From positions 343 through 64,342 of the forward strand of contig JALHRM010000003.1 of NCBI GenBank assembly GCA_022841445.1: a stretch of 64,000 nt of DNA, read 5' to 3'. Positions 21,036 through 30,908 of this stretch are shown one piece after another. Made by a program: the position numbers and the translations under genes. This DNA comes from Candidatus Saccharimonadota bacterium. GTDB lineage: Bacteria; Patescibacteriota; Saccharimonadia; Saccharimonadales; UBA10212. Each line of letters starts with the position of its first letter. Position 1 is the stretch's first letter. The notes under the pieces are model-generated. The model was not told where the DNA came from, did not search any database, and saw nothing but the letters and a program-made list of their open reading frames with translations.

Positions 21036-22727
21036 ATGCCAGAACGACTACCACAAGACCAATCAATTGATCCAACCTCGCCACACGTTGCCACTGATTT
21101 GCAGATGCAAGTCTTTGATGCTGACCCGTTACAGCCACGAAAAATTCATAGCCACCGTCGAGGTATGGCAGCTTCATTTTTAGCAGTCGCAGCACTAGGT
21201 ATGCTGGGCAAGGAAGTTGTAGCTCCAGCACTGGCTGCTGGCAAAGCTGGCGTGCCCGAAACTGGCCATGTTGGTCACGAACACGGAGATGTAGTAACAC
21301 CTCAAAAGGCCGATGAACAGATAAAGACGTATTCTATGTCCGATTTTCATAGACTAGTAAAGGCAGGGGCAAAGAAGCCGGCAATTGAGCGATCAAAGAC
21401 TTCTCCCTATGGAACCAAAAATGTCTTAACCCTCATGCAAAAATCAGACATCGAAGGCATGTACGGCGTTCTTACGAAACCGGAAAACGATCCTACCCTG
21501 GAAACGCTGTTTTTTCAGCGAGACAGTGTACTTTACGATATTGTCATGATGACTGAAGGAAATATTCAGACGCGGGCTATATCACGATATCGAGCCTATC
21601 TTGATGAAACAACCCCTCCTGAATTAAAGGCCAAATTGGGAGAAAGCTTTACGGCTGAATCAGCATTTTGGGAGAGGCAGAAAGAATTGTCTTCAACTGT
21701 TGGTTTTGAATACGCTAACCCGGCCGCAGCCATACAAGGTATTTTGGATGCACCTAATCCGGAAGAAGCATTAGCAGTAATGAATAGAGAACTGCTTGTC
21801 AAATTTGGCACTGAAGCAAAATTTTCTGACGACATTGCCACACAACTGGTCAGCGATTTAAAGAATACATACACCTGGGAAGATGTAGTCAGTAGTCCCA
21901 TTGATAGAAGCCCGGATGGCACAAAGAGGTTGAAGATAGCTATGGCACTCATTGCACATGGTTTAGCGAACACACCAGTTGACACTATGCCCAACACTTC
22001 GACCATTTATTTGACCCATAACTTCCAGAGAGGTTCAAGTGGTGCACCATCTAGGGTTGGAGCTGACGGTGTTTTAGCACCTCAGGTTGATATTGCGGGT
22101 ATGGTGCTGGAAGTAATAGACAAGAAACCGCGCCGACAGAATGACGCAATACTTATTTATGACATAGGCGATGTTATCGGCTGGGGGGAGGTAGATGGGT
22201 CGGATGCATTTGTATTACACGAAGCGGAGCACGTTGAAGACTTAAACGGTTTTGATAAAACAAACGCATTCAAAGTCAACCGCGCAAGAGCTACTCTGGA
22301 ACCATCGGTGCGTTATAAAAATCCATCAAAACCGAAAAGTAATATACCATTGCAGGCCACCAGTTTCTCATATTCGATTGGATGGAATCGGTACAACAAG
22401 CGTGCAGGAGTATTCAATCCTGATGGCACGCCTGGGCCGAATGCTTTTACCGTTTATACGTCGCCCTATGGAACAAATAATAATATAGAAGATTTCGCCG
22501 AGTCGACTTCAGACTTGAAAACCCGGCCGCAAAACTTCATTTATAAACTTATGAATCGACAAATTGGTGAGCTAGAGCCGGTAGACCTTAAGCGCCTAAG
22601 TTATCTCGACGCCCAGTCCGATATGAAACGTTGGCGAGCACCTTTGAGCGGCGCAACAAACCAGCGTCTTCGAACCGTAGTCTTCAATGCAGGCAAGGGC
22701 GGTGAGCTACCTGGCAGTATGAAATAG
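21036..22727 (+). CDS. Exported zinc-metallopeptidase-like protein
   Basis: RR followed by a hydrophobic signal-like segment; LHEAEH (HExxH) and 'YTSPYGTNNNIEDFAES'. A promoter TTGACC-17-TAAAGT at 20982-21010 supports the ATG 21036 start. Confidence 0.7.
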   Translation: MPERLPQDQSIDPTSPHVATDLQMQVFDADPLQPRKIHSHRRGMAASFLAVAALGMLGKEVVAPALAAGKAGVPETGHVGHEHGDVVTPQKADEQIKTYSMSDFHRLVKAGAKKPAIERSKTSPYGTKNVLTLMQKSDIEGMYGVLTKPENDPTLETLFFQRDSVLYDIVMMTEGNIQTRAISRYRAYLDETTPPELKAKLGESFTAESAFWERQKELSSTVGFEYANPAAAIQGILDAPNPEEALAVMNRELLVKFGTEAKFSDDIATQLVSDLKNTYTWEDVVSSPIDRSPDGTKRLKIAMALIAHGLANTPVDTMPNTSTIYLTHNFQRGSSGAPSRVGADGVLAPQVDIAGMVLEVIDKKPRRQNDAILIYDIGDVIGWGEVDGSDAFVLHEAEHVEDLNGFDKTNAFKVNRARATLEPSVRYKNPSKPKSNIPLQATSFSYSIGWNRYNKRAGVFNPDGTPGPNAFTVYTSPYGTNNNIEDFAESTSDLKTRPQNFIYKLMNRQIGELEPVDLKRLSYLDAQSDMKRWRAPLSGATNQRLRTVVFNAGKGGELPGSMK

Positions 22728-22756
22728 TTGCTAGATTCACTTAACAGAGGTATAAT
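22728..22756 (+). promoter_or_regulatory. sigma70 promoter of rpsB operon
   Basis: TTGCTA-17 bp-TATAAT. Confidence 0.7.
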
Positions 22757-22863
22757 ACCCTTCGTAATTAATTAAGCAGCGGGACAAATCAATCCTCCTG
22801 GCAACTACCGTGTAGGGGCTGTCGGGTAATCGTCCTCGCGAAGTGAAAGGATTTGTAAAAATC

Positions 22864-23766
22864 ATGGCATCAAAGATTGATGTTGATATTAAGCAGTTGC
22901 TCCAGTCTGGGGCGCATTTTGGTCACAAAACCAGCCGTTGGCACCCGAAGATGGCGCCGTATATTCACAGCAAAAAAAATGGCAGTCATATTATTGATCT
23001 GACTACGACGGTAGAAAAACTAGAGATTGCCCTCAACTTTTTGACCGAAACCGCAGCAGCCGGCAAGCAGGTGCTACTAGTCAGTACCAAGCCGCAAGCT
23101 CAAGCGATAATCAAACAGACTGCCGAAGAACTTGGCATGCCGTATGTTGTCGAACGATGGCTCGGTGGTATGCTCACCAATCAAAACACCATCGGTGGGC
23201 GAATCAAATACCTAAAGAGCCTCGAAGAAAAAATGGCTAGTGGCGAGCTTGCCAACAAATACAACAAGCTCGAAGTCCAGCGCTTTGCCGAAGAAATCGA
23301 AGAAATGAATCACCTCTACGGCGGCATCAAAGACATGCATGCTAAACTGGGAGCCGTTTTTGTCATTGATGTCACGAACGATGTTAACGCAGTACGAGAA
23401 GCTAACAAACTTGGCGTGCCTGTTATCGGCTTGGCGGACACCAATGCCGACCCAACCGATTTAACATACTTCATTCCATGCAATGATGACGCTACTAAGA
23501 CAATTACGCTTGTCGTAGAGTACGTTAAGCAAGCTATCCAAGCCGGCAAATCGCGCGCCAAAGATGCGGCGCCAGCGAAAGAAGCGCCGAAGTCTGCGGT
23601 TCCTGATATCGCTAAAAAGTCAGCTACCGAAGAACCTAAAAGCGAAGTTAAAGAAGCAAAATCTGAAGAAAAGGTAGAAAAACCAGAACCCAAAGACGAA
23701 AAGCCAAAACCAGCTGCCAAAAAGCCAGAAGTAAAGAAGACTCCAGCCAAGAAAGAGGCGAAATAA
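22864..23766 (+). CDS. rpsB: 30S ribosomal protein S2 with K/E/A/P-rich tail
   Basis: GAHFGH...WHPKM.PYI, RWLGGMLTN, DTNADP and PCNDD. Confidence 0.98.
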   Translation: MASKIDVDIKQLLQSGAHFGHKTSRWHPKMAPYIHSKKNGSHIIDLTTTVEKLEIALNFLTETAAAGKQVLLVSTKPQAQAIIKQTAEELGMPYVVERWLGGMLTNQNTIGGRIKYLKSLEEKMASGELANKYNKLEVQRFAEEIEEMNHLYGGIKDMHAKLGAVFVIDVTNDVNAVREANKLGVPVIGLADTNADPTDLTYFIPCNDDATKTITLVVEYVKQAIQAGKSRAKDAAPAKEAPKSAVPDIAKKSATEEPKSEVKEAKSEEKVEKPEPKDEKPKPAAKKPEVKKTPAKKEAK

Positions 23767-23987
23767 TGGGCGGTAATGGCGGCGGTGCGGGTGCGCCGTC
23801 ACCCGGAGTATTAGACCACCCCCGAGTTGTTGATGCGCCTGGTATACCAGCAATCGTGCGAGATTTTATTGACAGTGGCGTTCCAAATGGGGTTGATGAA
23901 CTGGCAGCAGGAGGTCTATTAACAGATTTCTGTGTTGATTTAGCAACCAAAGGACTGCTACGAGCAACACAAGAAGGAGAGGTTTAA
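23766..23987 (+). CDS. Small hypothetical protein between rpsB and tsf
   Basis: 73-aa ORF coupled to rpsB by a TAATG overlap and ending 5 nt before the tsf start. Confidence 0.5.
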   Translation: MGGNGGGAGAPSPGVLDHPRVVDAPGIPAIVRDFIDSGVPNGVDELAAGGLLTDFCVDLATKGLLRATQEGEV

Positions 23988-23992
23988 AAGAT

Positions 23993-24592
23993 ATGGCAAC
24001 TATATCAATTGATGAAATTAAACGGCTACGCGAGCTCACCGGTGTTGGGATTACTGATGCAAAGCAGGCGTTAACCGAAGCCGATGGCGACTTTGATACG
24101 GCGCTAGCTGCGATGCGAAAAAAAGGCATGACCAAAGCCGAAAAGCGTGGTGAGCGCGAAGCTCGAGCCGGAGTAATCGGAAGCTATATACACGACAATC
24201 GGATTGGCGTTATTGTTGAAGTGAACTGCGAAACAGACTTTGTTGCTCGAAATGAAAAATTCACTGATCTTGTGAAGGATGTGGCAATGCACATCGCTGC
24301 CAGTTCTCCAGAATTTGTTAGTTCTGATGACATCACAGAAGATGTTAAAAAAGCTGCCGCGGCTGAGTTTAGTGAAAAAGCCAAAGCCGAAGGCAAACCC
24401 GAAAACATGATTGCTCAAATTGTTGAAGGCATGTTGAAAAAGCATTTTGCAGAACGCTGCTTGCTAGACCAACCATTCATCAAAAATCCTGACCAGACAG
24501 TCGGTGATTATGTGCGCGAAGCTAACGCCAAGCTTGGCGAAAACATCGTCGTGCGGCGTTTTAATCGCATGGCACTTGGCGAGCTAAACTAG
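23993..24592 (+). CDS. tsf: Elongation factor Ts (short form)
   Basis: IKRLRELTG.G, EVNCETDFVA and LLDQPFIKNP; SD AGGAG upstream. Confidence 0.97.
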   Translation: MATISIDEIKRLRELTGVGITDAKQALTEADGDFDTALAAMRKKGMTKAEKRGEREARAGVIGSYIHDNRIGVIVEVNCETDFVARNEKFTDLVKDVAMHIAASSPEFVSSDDITEDVKKAAAAEFSEKAKAEGKPENMIAQIVEGMLKKHFAERCLLDQPFIKNPDQTVGDYVREANAKLGENIVVRRFNRMALGELN

Positions 24593-24613
24593 ACTAAGTA
24601 CAAGCAGGAGTTA

Positions 24614-25369
24614 ATGAAAATGGCAGAGTATAGAGCTATTGCCCTAGATTTCGATGGCACACTAGCTGATAGCCCCAGAGTGCACCGGCTCGCTCGTGAG
24701 CAAGCCTATGACGCTTTGGCGCAGAACGACGAAAGGTTTTTGAAGTCGGCCGAACGGGATGCTGTGCTTGCTATAGCGCATAGACTGGGCACTACTTCTA
24801 TAGGCATCGAAGCTGAAATACTTCGAAGATTAGGTATTGTAGAGCCGGATGCCAACCCAAACAGCAACGCCACCATAACCGAAGTTGCCGGCATAAAGGG
24901 TGAGTTGTACCGAGCCATAGCGGCAAACGGTTTGCCGTCAAACCCGGGCGCAATAGATTTTGTGCGAGATGCTGCGGACGAGTTTGGGGTACGCGGCGTG
25001 GCGATTGTCACTACCGCTTCTAATGCCGAAGTTGATCCGTTCGTAGACCTGCACGGTATCGGTAGTTGTGTTGGATACGTCGTTTCTCGAGATTTTCGGG
25101 GAGGTATAGCACCGGAACAGCTCAAACCGCATCCGTATCAATATCAGCAGACAGCTCGCTTGCTAGGAATGACTGGTATTTTGGCTTATGAAATTGCTGC
25201 GGTGGAGGATAGTCCTGGGGGTATCGTTGCCGCAAAATTTGCTGGACTGGGTGCTGTTGGTCTTGCTACCACGCACGAGCCGGGCGAGCTTTTAGCAGCA
25301 GATGCTGTCGTTCATGATTTTACTGAGCTTCGTGGAGTAGTTTTGCCTGCGACTTCTCATGTACGTTAG
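24614..25369 (+). CDS. Divergent HAD-superfamily phosphatase
   Basis: DFDGTLAD, VTTA, KPHP and VEDSPGGI motifs. Confidence 0.85.
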   Translation: MKMAEYRAIALDFDGTLADSPRVHRLAREQAYDALAQNDERFLKSAERDAVLAIAHRLGTTSIGIEAEILRRLGIVEPDANPNSNATITEVAGIKGELYRAIAANGLPSNPGAIDFVRDAADEFGVRGVAIVTTASNAEVDPFVDLHGIGSCVGYVVSRDFRGGIAPEQLKPHPYQYQQTARLLGMTGILAYEIAAVEDSPGGIVAAKFAGLGAVGLATTHEPGELLAADAVVHDFTELRGVVLPATSHVR

Positions 25370-25455
25370 TTGACTTTTTGTCACTATCATGCTAGTGTTA
25401 ATATTAGATACTAAATAAAATCAAAAATAATCTAAGAGTAAAAAGGATGCATATC

Positions 25456-26172
25456 ATGTCAGAAAAAGGATCAGGAGGACCAAGCAGGCCAGAGGGTCGT
25501 CGAACCCGACGAGGCGTTCGGGTTGCAGTAAGTGCGTTAGCTGCTACTGTGGCTTTGGGAGCTGGATCAGCTACGGCCGTGGGTGGTGAAACATCTGCAC
25601 CACGTAGCCCAGAAGAAATCGCAAAGATCAGAGCCGAGCAGCGCGGTATAGAGAAGGATGTATTTGCCAGCTTCAAGGCGAATACGGATCGTATGCCGAC
25701 TGTATTTGACCAAGCCCTTCGGGCTTATGCAGCGAAAAAAGGTACAACCGCTGAAGGGTTCAAAGCTAGGGGAAGCGCCACTTATGATCTCAATATCACT
25801 ACTGGTGGCAATGAGGAAAATGGTTATAAATGGAAAGGTCTTCGAGCCCGTTATAACAACGGTCAGTTAAAGTCGATTATTGTAGCTGACGGCCTAAAAG
25901 CTCCTCTTCAGGCCGGTCAGCCTCCACGGACTAATGACAGCATAAGAATAGATCGTACTAACGGGGGCTGGGTTATTGAGACTACAACACCGGGACCTAG
26001 TCGAAGAGCTCCTTCTTCTAGTGTGGCTACCCGTAGTTTTGCCCTCTCTACGTTGCCTGCTATGAACATAGGTGACAGGATGGGTATTACAACTAGTCTA
26101 GACAGCCTGAATAAAGAAGTCGGCGGGGTGCTTGACATCTATAGTGAGCGGCTCGGCCTACAACCAGAATAG
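25456..26172 (+). CDS. Hypothetical exported protein
   Basis: Arg-rich n-region 'RRTRRGVR' and an Ala-rich h-region ending ATA; own promoter TTGACT-17-TAGTGT at 25370-25398. Confidence 0.65.
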   Translation: MSEKGSGGPSRPEGRRTRRGVRVAVSALAATVALGAGSATAVGGETSAPRSPEEIAKIRAEQRGIEKDVFASFKANTDRMPTVFDQALRAYAAKKGTTAEGFKARGSATYDLNITTGGNEENGYKWKGLRARYNNGQLKSIIVADGLKAPLQAGQPPRTNDSIRIDRTNGGWVIETTTPGPSRRAPSSSVATRSFALSTLPAMNIGDRMGITTSLDSLNKEVGGVLDIYSERLGLQPE

Positions 26173-26198
26173 TAATTAAGATTTTGTAGAGCCATGAC

Positions 26199-26232
26199 AA
26201 AAACAGGCCGACACACATACCGGCCTGTTTTT
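26199..26232. terminator. Bidirectional-type intrinsic terminator
   Basis: AAAAACAGGCCG-10 nt loop-CGGCCTGTTTTT, a perfect inverted repeat. Confidence 0.75.
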
Positions 26233-26270
26233 AATTGCGGTACAATAACTGTATAAACCAAGGAGCTTTA

Positions 26271-26834
26271 ATGGACGCAGAACAAGTGGCAAGCCAGAGC
26301 GAACAGAAACTAAAAAGTGCAGTTGAGCGTTTCAAAGAAGAACTCAAAAAACTACGAACTGGCCGAGCGCACCCCAGTATATTGGATGGTGTCACGGTTG
26401 AAGCATACGGCACCCCGATGCCACTCATACAAGTTGCTACCGTCACCGCACCTGAAGCGCAGCTTTTACAGATCAGTCCATTTGATCCGAATAATCTGCA
26501 GGCCATTGCCGCTGCCATTCGCGACAATCAGTCGCTAGGGCTTAATCCGGTAGATGACGGTCGGGTGGTGCGCATTCAGATGCCACCATTGACCGAAGAG
26601 CGTCGAGGTCAAATCGTCAAAGTGCTCCATGAAAAAGCCGAGGACAGCCTTATCAGCATGCGAGGCGTACGACACGAGGCGTTCAAAGTTATTGACCAAG
26701 CCAAAAAAGATAAAGATGTCAGCGAAGATGAAGCTAAACGGCTGGAAAAGCAAGTTGACGACCTCATGAACAAATACAAAGTTGAGGTTGAGTCAGCCAC
26801 CAAATCCAAAGAACAAGAATTGACCACGGTGTAG
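26271..26834 (+). CDS. frr: Ribosome recycling factor
   Basis: LRTGRAHP, V.VEAYG and PPLTEERR; SD AGGAG before ATG 26271. Confidence 0.97.
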   Translation: MDAEQVASQSEQKLKSAVERFKEELKKLRTGRAHPSILDGVTVEAYGTPMPLIQVATVTAPEAQLLQISPFDPNNLQAIAAAIRDNQSLGLNPVDDGRVVRIQMPPLTEERRGQIVKVLHEKAEDSLISMRGVRHEAFKVIDQAKKDKDVSEDEAKRLEKQVDDLMNKYKVEVESATKSKEQELTTV

Positions 26835-26837
26835 TTC

Positions 26838-27536
26838 ATGGCTGAAGATGCGAAAGTGCCGAAACATGTCGGTATTATTATGGACGGTAACCGCCGTTGG
26901 GCTAAGGCGAACGGAATGCAGAGCATACAGGGTCACGCCAAGGGTGTCGAAGTGCTTCGCACTATTACTGAACATGCTGCTAAGTCCGGCGTAGAATTCT
27001 TGAGTGTTTATGCTTTTTCTACCGAAAATTGGCGTAGGACTGAAGAGGAAGTTGGTTTTTTGATGGGTTTGTTCGTGAAAAGTTTAGCCAAATACCTTGA
27101 AGAGTTGCATCAGCAAAATGTTCGACTAATGATGCTAGGGAGCCGCGATGGATTATCCGATAACTTACTTGAGGCATGGGAAAAGGCGGCTGAAAAAACT
27201 AAAAACAATACTGGAATAACCTTGGCAACTTGTTGGAATTATGGTGGTCAACAGGAAATAATTGATGGAGTAAAAGATCTAGTTGGGCAGGGCTTAGACG
27301 TATCGAAACTAACACCCGAAACGTTTGAATCGTTCCTGTACGGGGGGAGTGCGGTTCCTCCGGTTGACTACGTTATTCGAACGTCCGGTGAACAACGCAG
27401 CAGCGGATTTATGCTGTGGCGTGCAGCCTACGCCGAATTTTATGCAGTCGATAAATTGTGGCCGGAATTCTCCGAAGCAGATTTTGATATAGCACTGGCA
27501 GAGTACGCCACCCGCGGACGGCGCTTCGGTTCTTAG
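26838..27536 (+). CDS. uppS: Undecaprenyl diphosphate synthase
   Basis: HVGIIMDGNRRWA, YAFSTENW.R and IRTSGEQR.SGF. Confidence 0.96.
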   Translation: MAEDAKVPKHVGIIMDGNRRWAKANGMQSIQGHAKGVEVLRTITEHAAKSGVEFLSVYAFSTENWRRTEEEVGFLMGLFVKSLAKYLEELHQQNVRLMMLGSRDGLSDNLLEAWEKAAEKTKNNTGITLATCWNYGGQQEIIDGVKDLVGQGLDVSKLTPETFESFLYGGSAVPPVDYVIRTSGEQRSSGFMLWRAAYAEFYAVDKLWPEFSEADFDIALAEYATRGRRFGS

Positions 27537-27562
27537 TGTTGAGGTTTTTGTTTTCTTTCTAG

Positions 27563-27922
27563 TTAATTCAGCGTCTTATTTTTGCTGGAAAGTCGTAAGA
27601 ACAGAAATCTTATATCAATAATTAGAACTGCAATGCAAAGAATTGCTAGACCGATGAGTATAAAGGGGCCGAAGAACAGAATCATAAAAACACTCGTCAA
27701 TGCCTCATCTTCATTACCGACCGGCATATAGTCAAAATAATATAAACATCCTGCGATCACTAAAAATGGCAAGGCATTGGCAAGTAGTATCATCTTCCAA
27801 GACATACCTTTGTTTTGTGTATGAGTTCTCTGGTACGCAAGTGGCTGATTTGAGGATTGGAGGCTAATGTTAGCGGTATTGCCTTGCGATACTTGGCTTT
27901 CGTCTCGTTCTTGAGGGGACAT
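27563..27922 (-). CDS. Small hypothetical membrane protein
   Basis: Polar N-terminus plus two TM helices; AT-rich; TATAAT 9 nt upstream of the ATG. Confidence 0.6.
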   Translation of the reverse strand: MSPQERDESQVSQGNTANISLQSSNQPLAYQRTHTQNKGMSWKMILLANALPFLVIAGCLYYFDYMPVGNEDEALTSVFMILFFGPFILIGLAILCIAVLIIDIRFLFLRLSSKNKTLN

Positions 27923-28005
27923 AATAATTGTATTATAGTAGCTTTTCTTTTAAATCTAGAAATAACTTCGCATATGAGAACTATCCCCACATGTTAGAAT
28001 AAACA

Positions 28006-29208
28006 GTGACTATGGCGTTACTTCTATCATTTTTGGGTGTGCTGCTATTTATTGGGCTTATTTTAGTCCATGAATACGGCCACTATAAAGTTGCTATCCG
28101 AAACGGTGTTAAAGTCGAAGAATTTGGACTTGGTTTGCCGCCACGGGCGTGGGGCAAGAAACTCAAAAGCGGCATGCTGTTAAGTCTCAACTGGCTGCCA
28201 CTCGGTGGCTTTGTAAGACTGAAGGGCGAGACAGATTCCGATACCCGAAAAGGCAGCTTTGGCGCCGCGAGCATGTGGGTAAAGACTAAGATTATGCTCG
28301 CCGGTGTGGCTATGAACTTGATCACCGCGTTAGTGCTATTCACCCTATTGGCGCTTATTGGACTACCGACGATATTTAACAAACAAACGCTTGGTCAAGA
28401 CCAGTTTACCATTGCATCAGACGAGCGTATTGCCCGGCAGGATTTGAAAGTTGGCTATGTCGAGCCAGGATCTCCGGCTGATAAAGCCGGGTTAGTAGCG
28501 CTGGATACATTGATAGCATACGGTGATTCACCTTGTAAGACGGGAGGCTGTGAGCCGTTTACCACCGCTGATGCACTACTTGCAACTACAGCGTCATTCG
28601 CTGGCCAGCAGCTTTATGTACAGTATGAACGGGACGGCCAAACATACTTTACGAATGCTACGCTGCGCGGTGAAGCAGAAGTTACCGTCAGCAAAAATAC
28701 CGACAACCCGAAAGGTTATTTTGGGCTGGCACCAACTGAGTTCGTCGTGAAACGATACACCTGGAGCGCCCCGGTAGTGGCGGTCGGTTTGACAGCCCAA
28801 CTTACGCAGTTGACTTTTCAGGGAATAGGCAAAGCCTTTGCCGGCATTGGGTCGGCACTCGCCGGACTGGTCACATCAAATCAAGAAGCGAGAGTAAACG
28901 GCCAAACTCAAGCCAGTGAACAGGTCGGCGGGCCGGTAGCGATATTTAAAATTCTTTTTGACAGTGGGTCTTTGGGGATAAATTTTATCCTGCTGCTTAT
29001 TGCGCTCCTATCACTAACACTAGCCATTATGAACGCTTTGCCAATCCCGGCCCTTGATGGTGGCAGGTTGTTTGTTACGTGGCTGTTCCGACTAGTAAAA
29101 AAGCCGCTCACAAAGCCGCTCGAAGAACGAATTCATGGCACTGGCATGGCGGTGCTGCTGTCCTTATTTGTACTGATCACGTATCTCGACATCAAAAGGT
29201 TCTTCTAG
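28006..29208 (+). CDS. rseP: RIP metalloprotease RseP (M50) with PDZ domain
   Basis: HEYGH, LPLGGFV, a PDZ domain and NALPIPALDGG. Confidence 0.95.
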   Translation: MTMALLLSFLGVLLFIGLILVHEYGHYKVAIRNGVKVEEFGLGLPPRAWGKKLKSGMLLSLNWLPLGGFVRLKGETDSDTRKGSFGAASMWVKTKIMLAGVAMNLITALVLFTLLALIGLPTIFNKQTLGQDQFTIASDERIARQDLKVGYVEPGSPADKAGLVALDTLIAYGDSPCKTGGCEPFTTADALLATTASFAGQQLYVQYERDGQTYFTNATLRGEAEVTVSKNTDNPKGYFGLAPTEFVVKRYTWSAPVVAVGLTAQLTQLTFQGIGKAFAGIGSALAGLVTSNQEARVNGQTQASEQVGGPVAIFKILFDSGSLGINFILLLIALLSLTLAIMNALPIPALDGGRLFVTWLFRLVKKPLTKPLEERIHGTGMAVLLSLFVLITYLDIKRFF

Positions 29209-29228
29209 GGGTTATAGGGACTAGCTAT

Positions 29229-30044
29229 ATGCCGGCGCCGCTAAGAGAAACATTGCCGAAAGCAGCACTCGCAGCTCGCCCAGATGAACAAAAACCACCA
29301 AAAGAATCTCGCTTTCCTCATCCGCTGATCATTGTTGCCTTAACGGCTGGTGTTTTCATAGCCGCTCAGCTAGTGGCGTATTTCTTTTTGGCACTAATTA
29401 CGTCGGTGGTCGGGAGTGCAGAATCAAGTACAGAAAACCTCTTAGTTGATAATACGCTGGCTCAATTTGTGTATCTGGTAATCGCAAACGGACTTGTGTT
29501 CGGTATGGTTTGGCGGCTTTTGAAGGGCAGAGGGCTTCGTCTCAAAGATATCGGAATGAAGCGACCGAAGAAGAATGTTGCGATGGTAGCGGTACTTGGC
29601 CTAATTTGCTTCTACCTGCTTGCTGGAGTGTTGGGCGGTATTATTTTAAAGCTGCTGCCCGAAATTCCTACCAACCAAGAACAAAATATCGGATTTGAAG
29701 GGGTAACAGGGCTGGCATCACTCAGTCTGGTCTTTGCTAGTCTGGTGATTATAGTCCCACTTGGCGAAGAAATACTTACTCGTGGGTACCTATTTAGTGG
29801 ACTCCGGGCGAGGCTAAATTTTTTCTGGACGCTCTTAATTACCAGCGCTTTGTTTGGTATTGCACATCTGCAAACTGCCAGTGACGGCAATTTGTCATGG
29901 GCATTGGTTATTAATATATTCTTCCTGGCTGTGGTGCTCGGGTACTTGCGGGAAAAGACTGGAACTATCTGGGCGGGTGTGATCCTGCACGGGCTAAACA
30001 ACTGCGTAGCATTTTTGATTCGTTTCTCTGATTCTATCTTTTAA
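29229..30044 (+). CDS. CPBP (CAAX/Abi) family intramembrane metalloprotease
   Basis: EEILTRG, LFGIAH and LHGLNN motifs. Confidence 0.9.
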   Translation: MPAPLRETLPKAALAARPDEQKPPKESRFPHPLIIVALTAGVFIAAQLVAYFFLALITSVVGSAESSTENLLVDNTLAQFVYLVIANGLVFGMVWRLLKGRGLRLKDIGMKRPKKNVAMVAVLGLICFYLLAGVLGGIILKLLPEIPTNQEQNIGFEGVTGLASLSLVFASLVIIVPLGEEILTRGYLFSGLRARLNFFWTLLITSALFGIAHLQTASDGNLSWALVINIFFLAVVLGYLREKTGTIWAGVILHGLNNCVAFLIRFSDSIF

Positions 30045-30059
30045 GCTATAATATAGCAA

Positions 30060-30863
30060 ATGAGTCAATATGCTGTTGATATAAAAGTCGGCACAACCTT
30101 AATGACTGCACGTGGGGCAGACCATAGCATTTCAGGTGTGATTCCAGGCATTATTGCTGCGCAAGTTCAAGAATTGAGGGAGTGTGGTTTTGATGTTTCG
30201 GTAACGACTTCTGGTGCCGTCGGGCAGGGCATTGACATGTTGTATCCGGGTGCCACCCGACAGCAGATACTGAGCGGTCTTAGTAAGGAGGCGGCGGCAG
30301 TGCGCTTGCGCACTTGTGCATCCGTTGGCCAGGCGGTGCTAATGGGAGTTTGGCGGGCTGCATTTGATGACACGGTTATCAGCCAGCATCTTATTACTAA
30401 CAGAGAGCTTGAAACCGAAGAGGGGTTTGCTTTTGCCGAAACACTGTATGACTGCATGTCACAGGGCATTGTGCCGATAATCAATGAAAACGATGGCATT
30501 TCAGATGATGAAATTCGAGTTGGTGATAATGACACTTTGGCGGCTAGGGCAGCGGCTGCTGTGCACCGATTAGGAAGACATGCATCGACTTCATTGGTGC
30601 TTCTCACTGACGTGGAGGGCTTTTTTGGTCAGCATGGCCGACTTGAGACACGTAGAGCCGTGCGTGATATACCACAGCTTCGAAAGTATGTTTCTGAAAA
30701 AGGGTCTACATATGGCACAGGCGGTATGGGTACGAAGTTGGACGCAGCCGAAATTGCTGGCGCGGCCGGAATCGACACATTTATTGCCCAAGGCAACAGA
30801 CCAAATAATATTCTTCGCGCACTTCGTGGTTATGCCGGCACGCATTTCTTTGTAGGTACTTGA
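30060..30863 (+). CDS. proB: Glutamate 5-kinase-like protein, divergent, lacking the PUA domain
   Basis: IKVGT, TSGAV, ASVGQ, VPIINEND, GDNDTLAA, LLTDVEG and GTGGMGTKL. Confidence 0.88.
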   Translation: MSQYAVDIKVGTTLMTARGADHSISGVIPGIIAAQVQELRECGFDVSVTTSGAVGQGIDMLYPGATRQQILSGLSKEAAAVRLRTCASVGQAVLMGVWRAAFDDTVISQHLITNRELETEEGFAFAETLYDCMSQGIVPIINENDGISDDEIRVGDNDTLAARAAAAVHRLGRHASTSLVLLTDVEGFFGQHGRLETRRAVRDIPQLRKYVSEKGSTYGTGGMGTKLDAAEIAGAAGIDTFIAQGNRPNNILRALRGYAGTHFFVGT

Positions 30864-30908
30864 TTGGCGTAGCTGGTATTATTGATTGTTAAGAGGATAC
30901 TTTTCACT

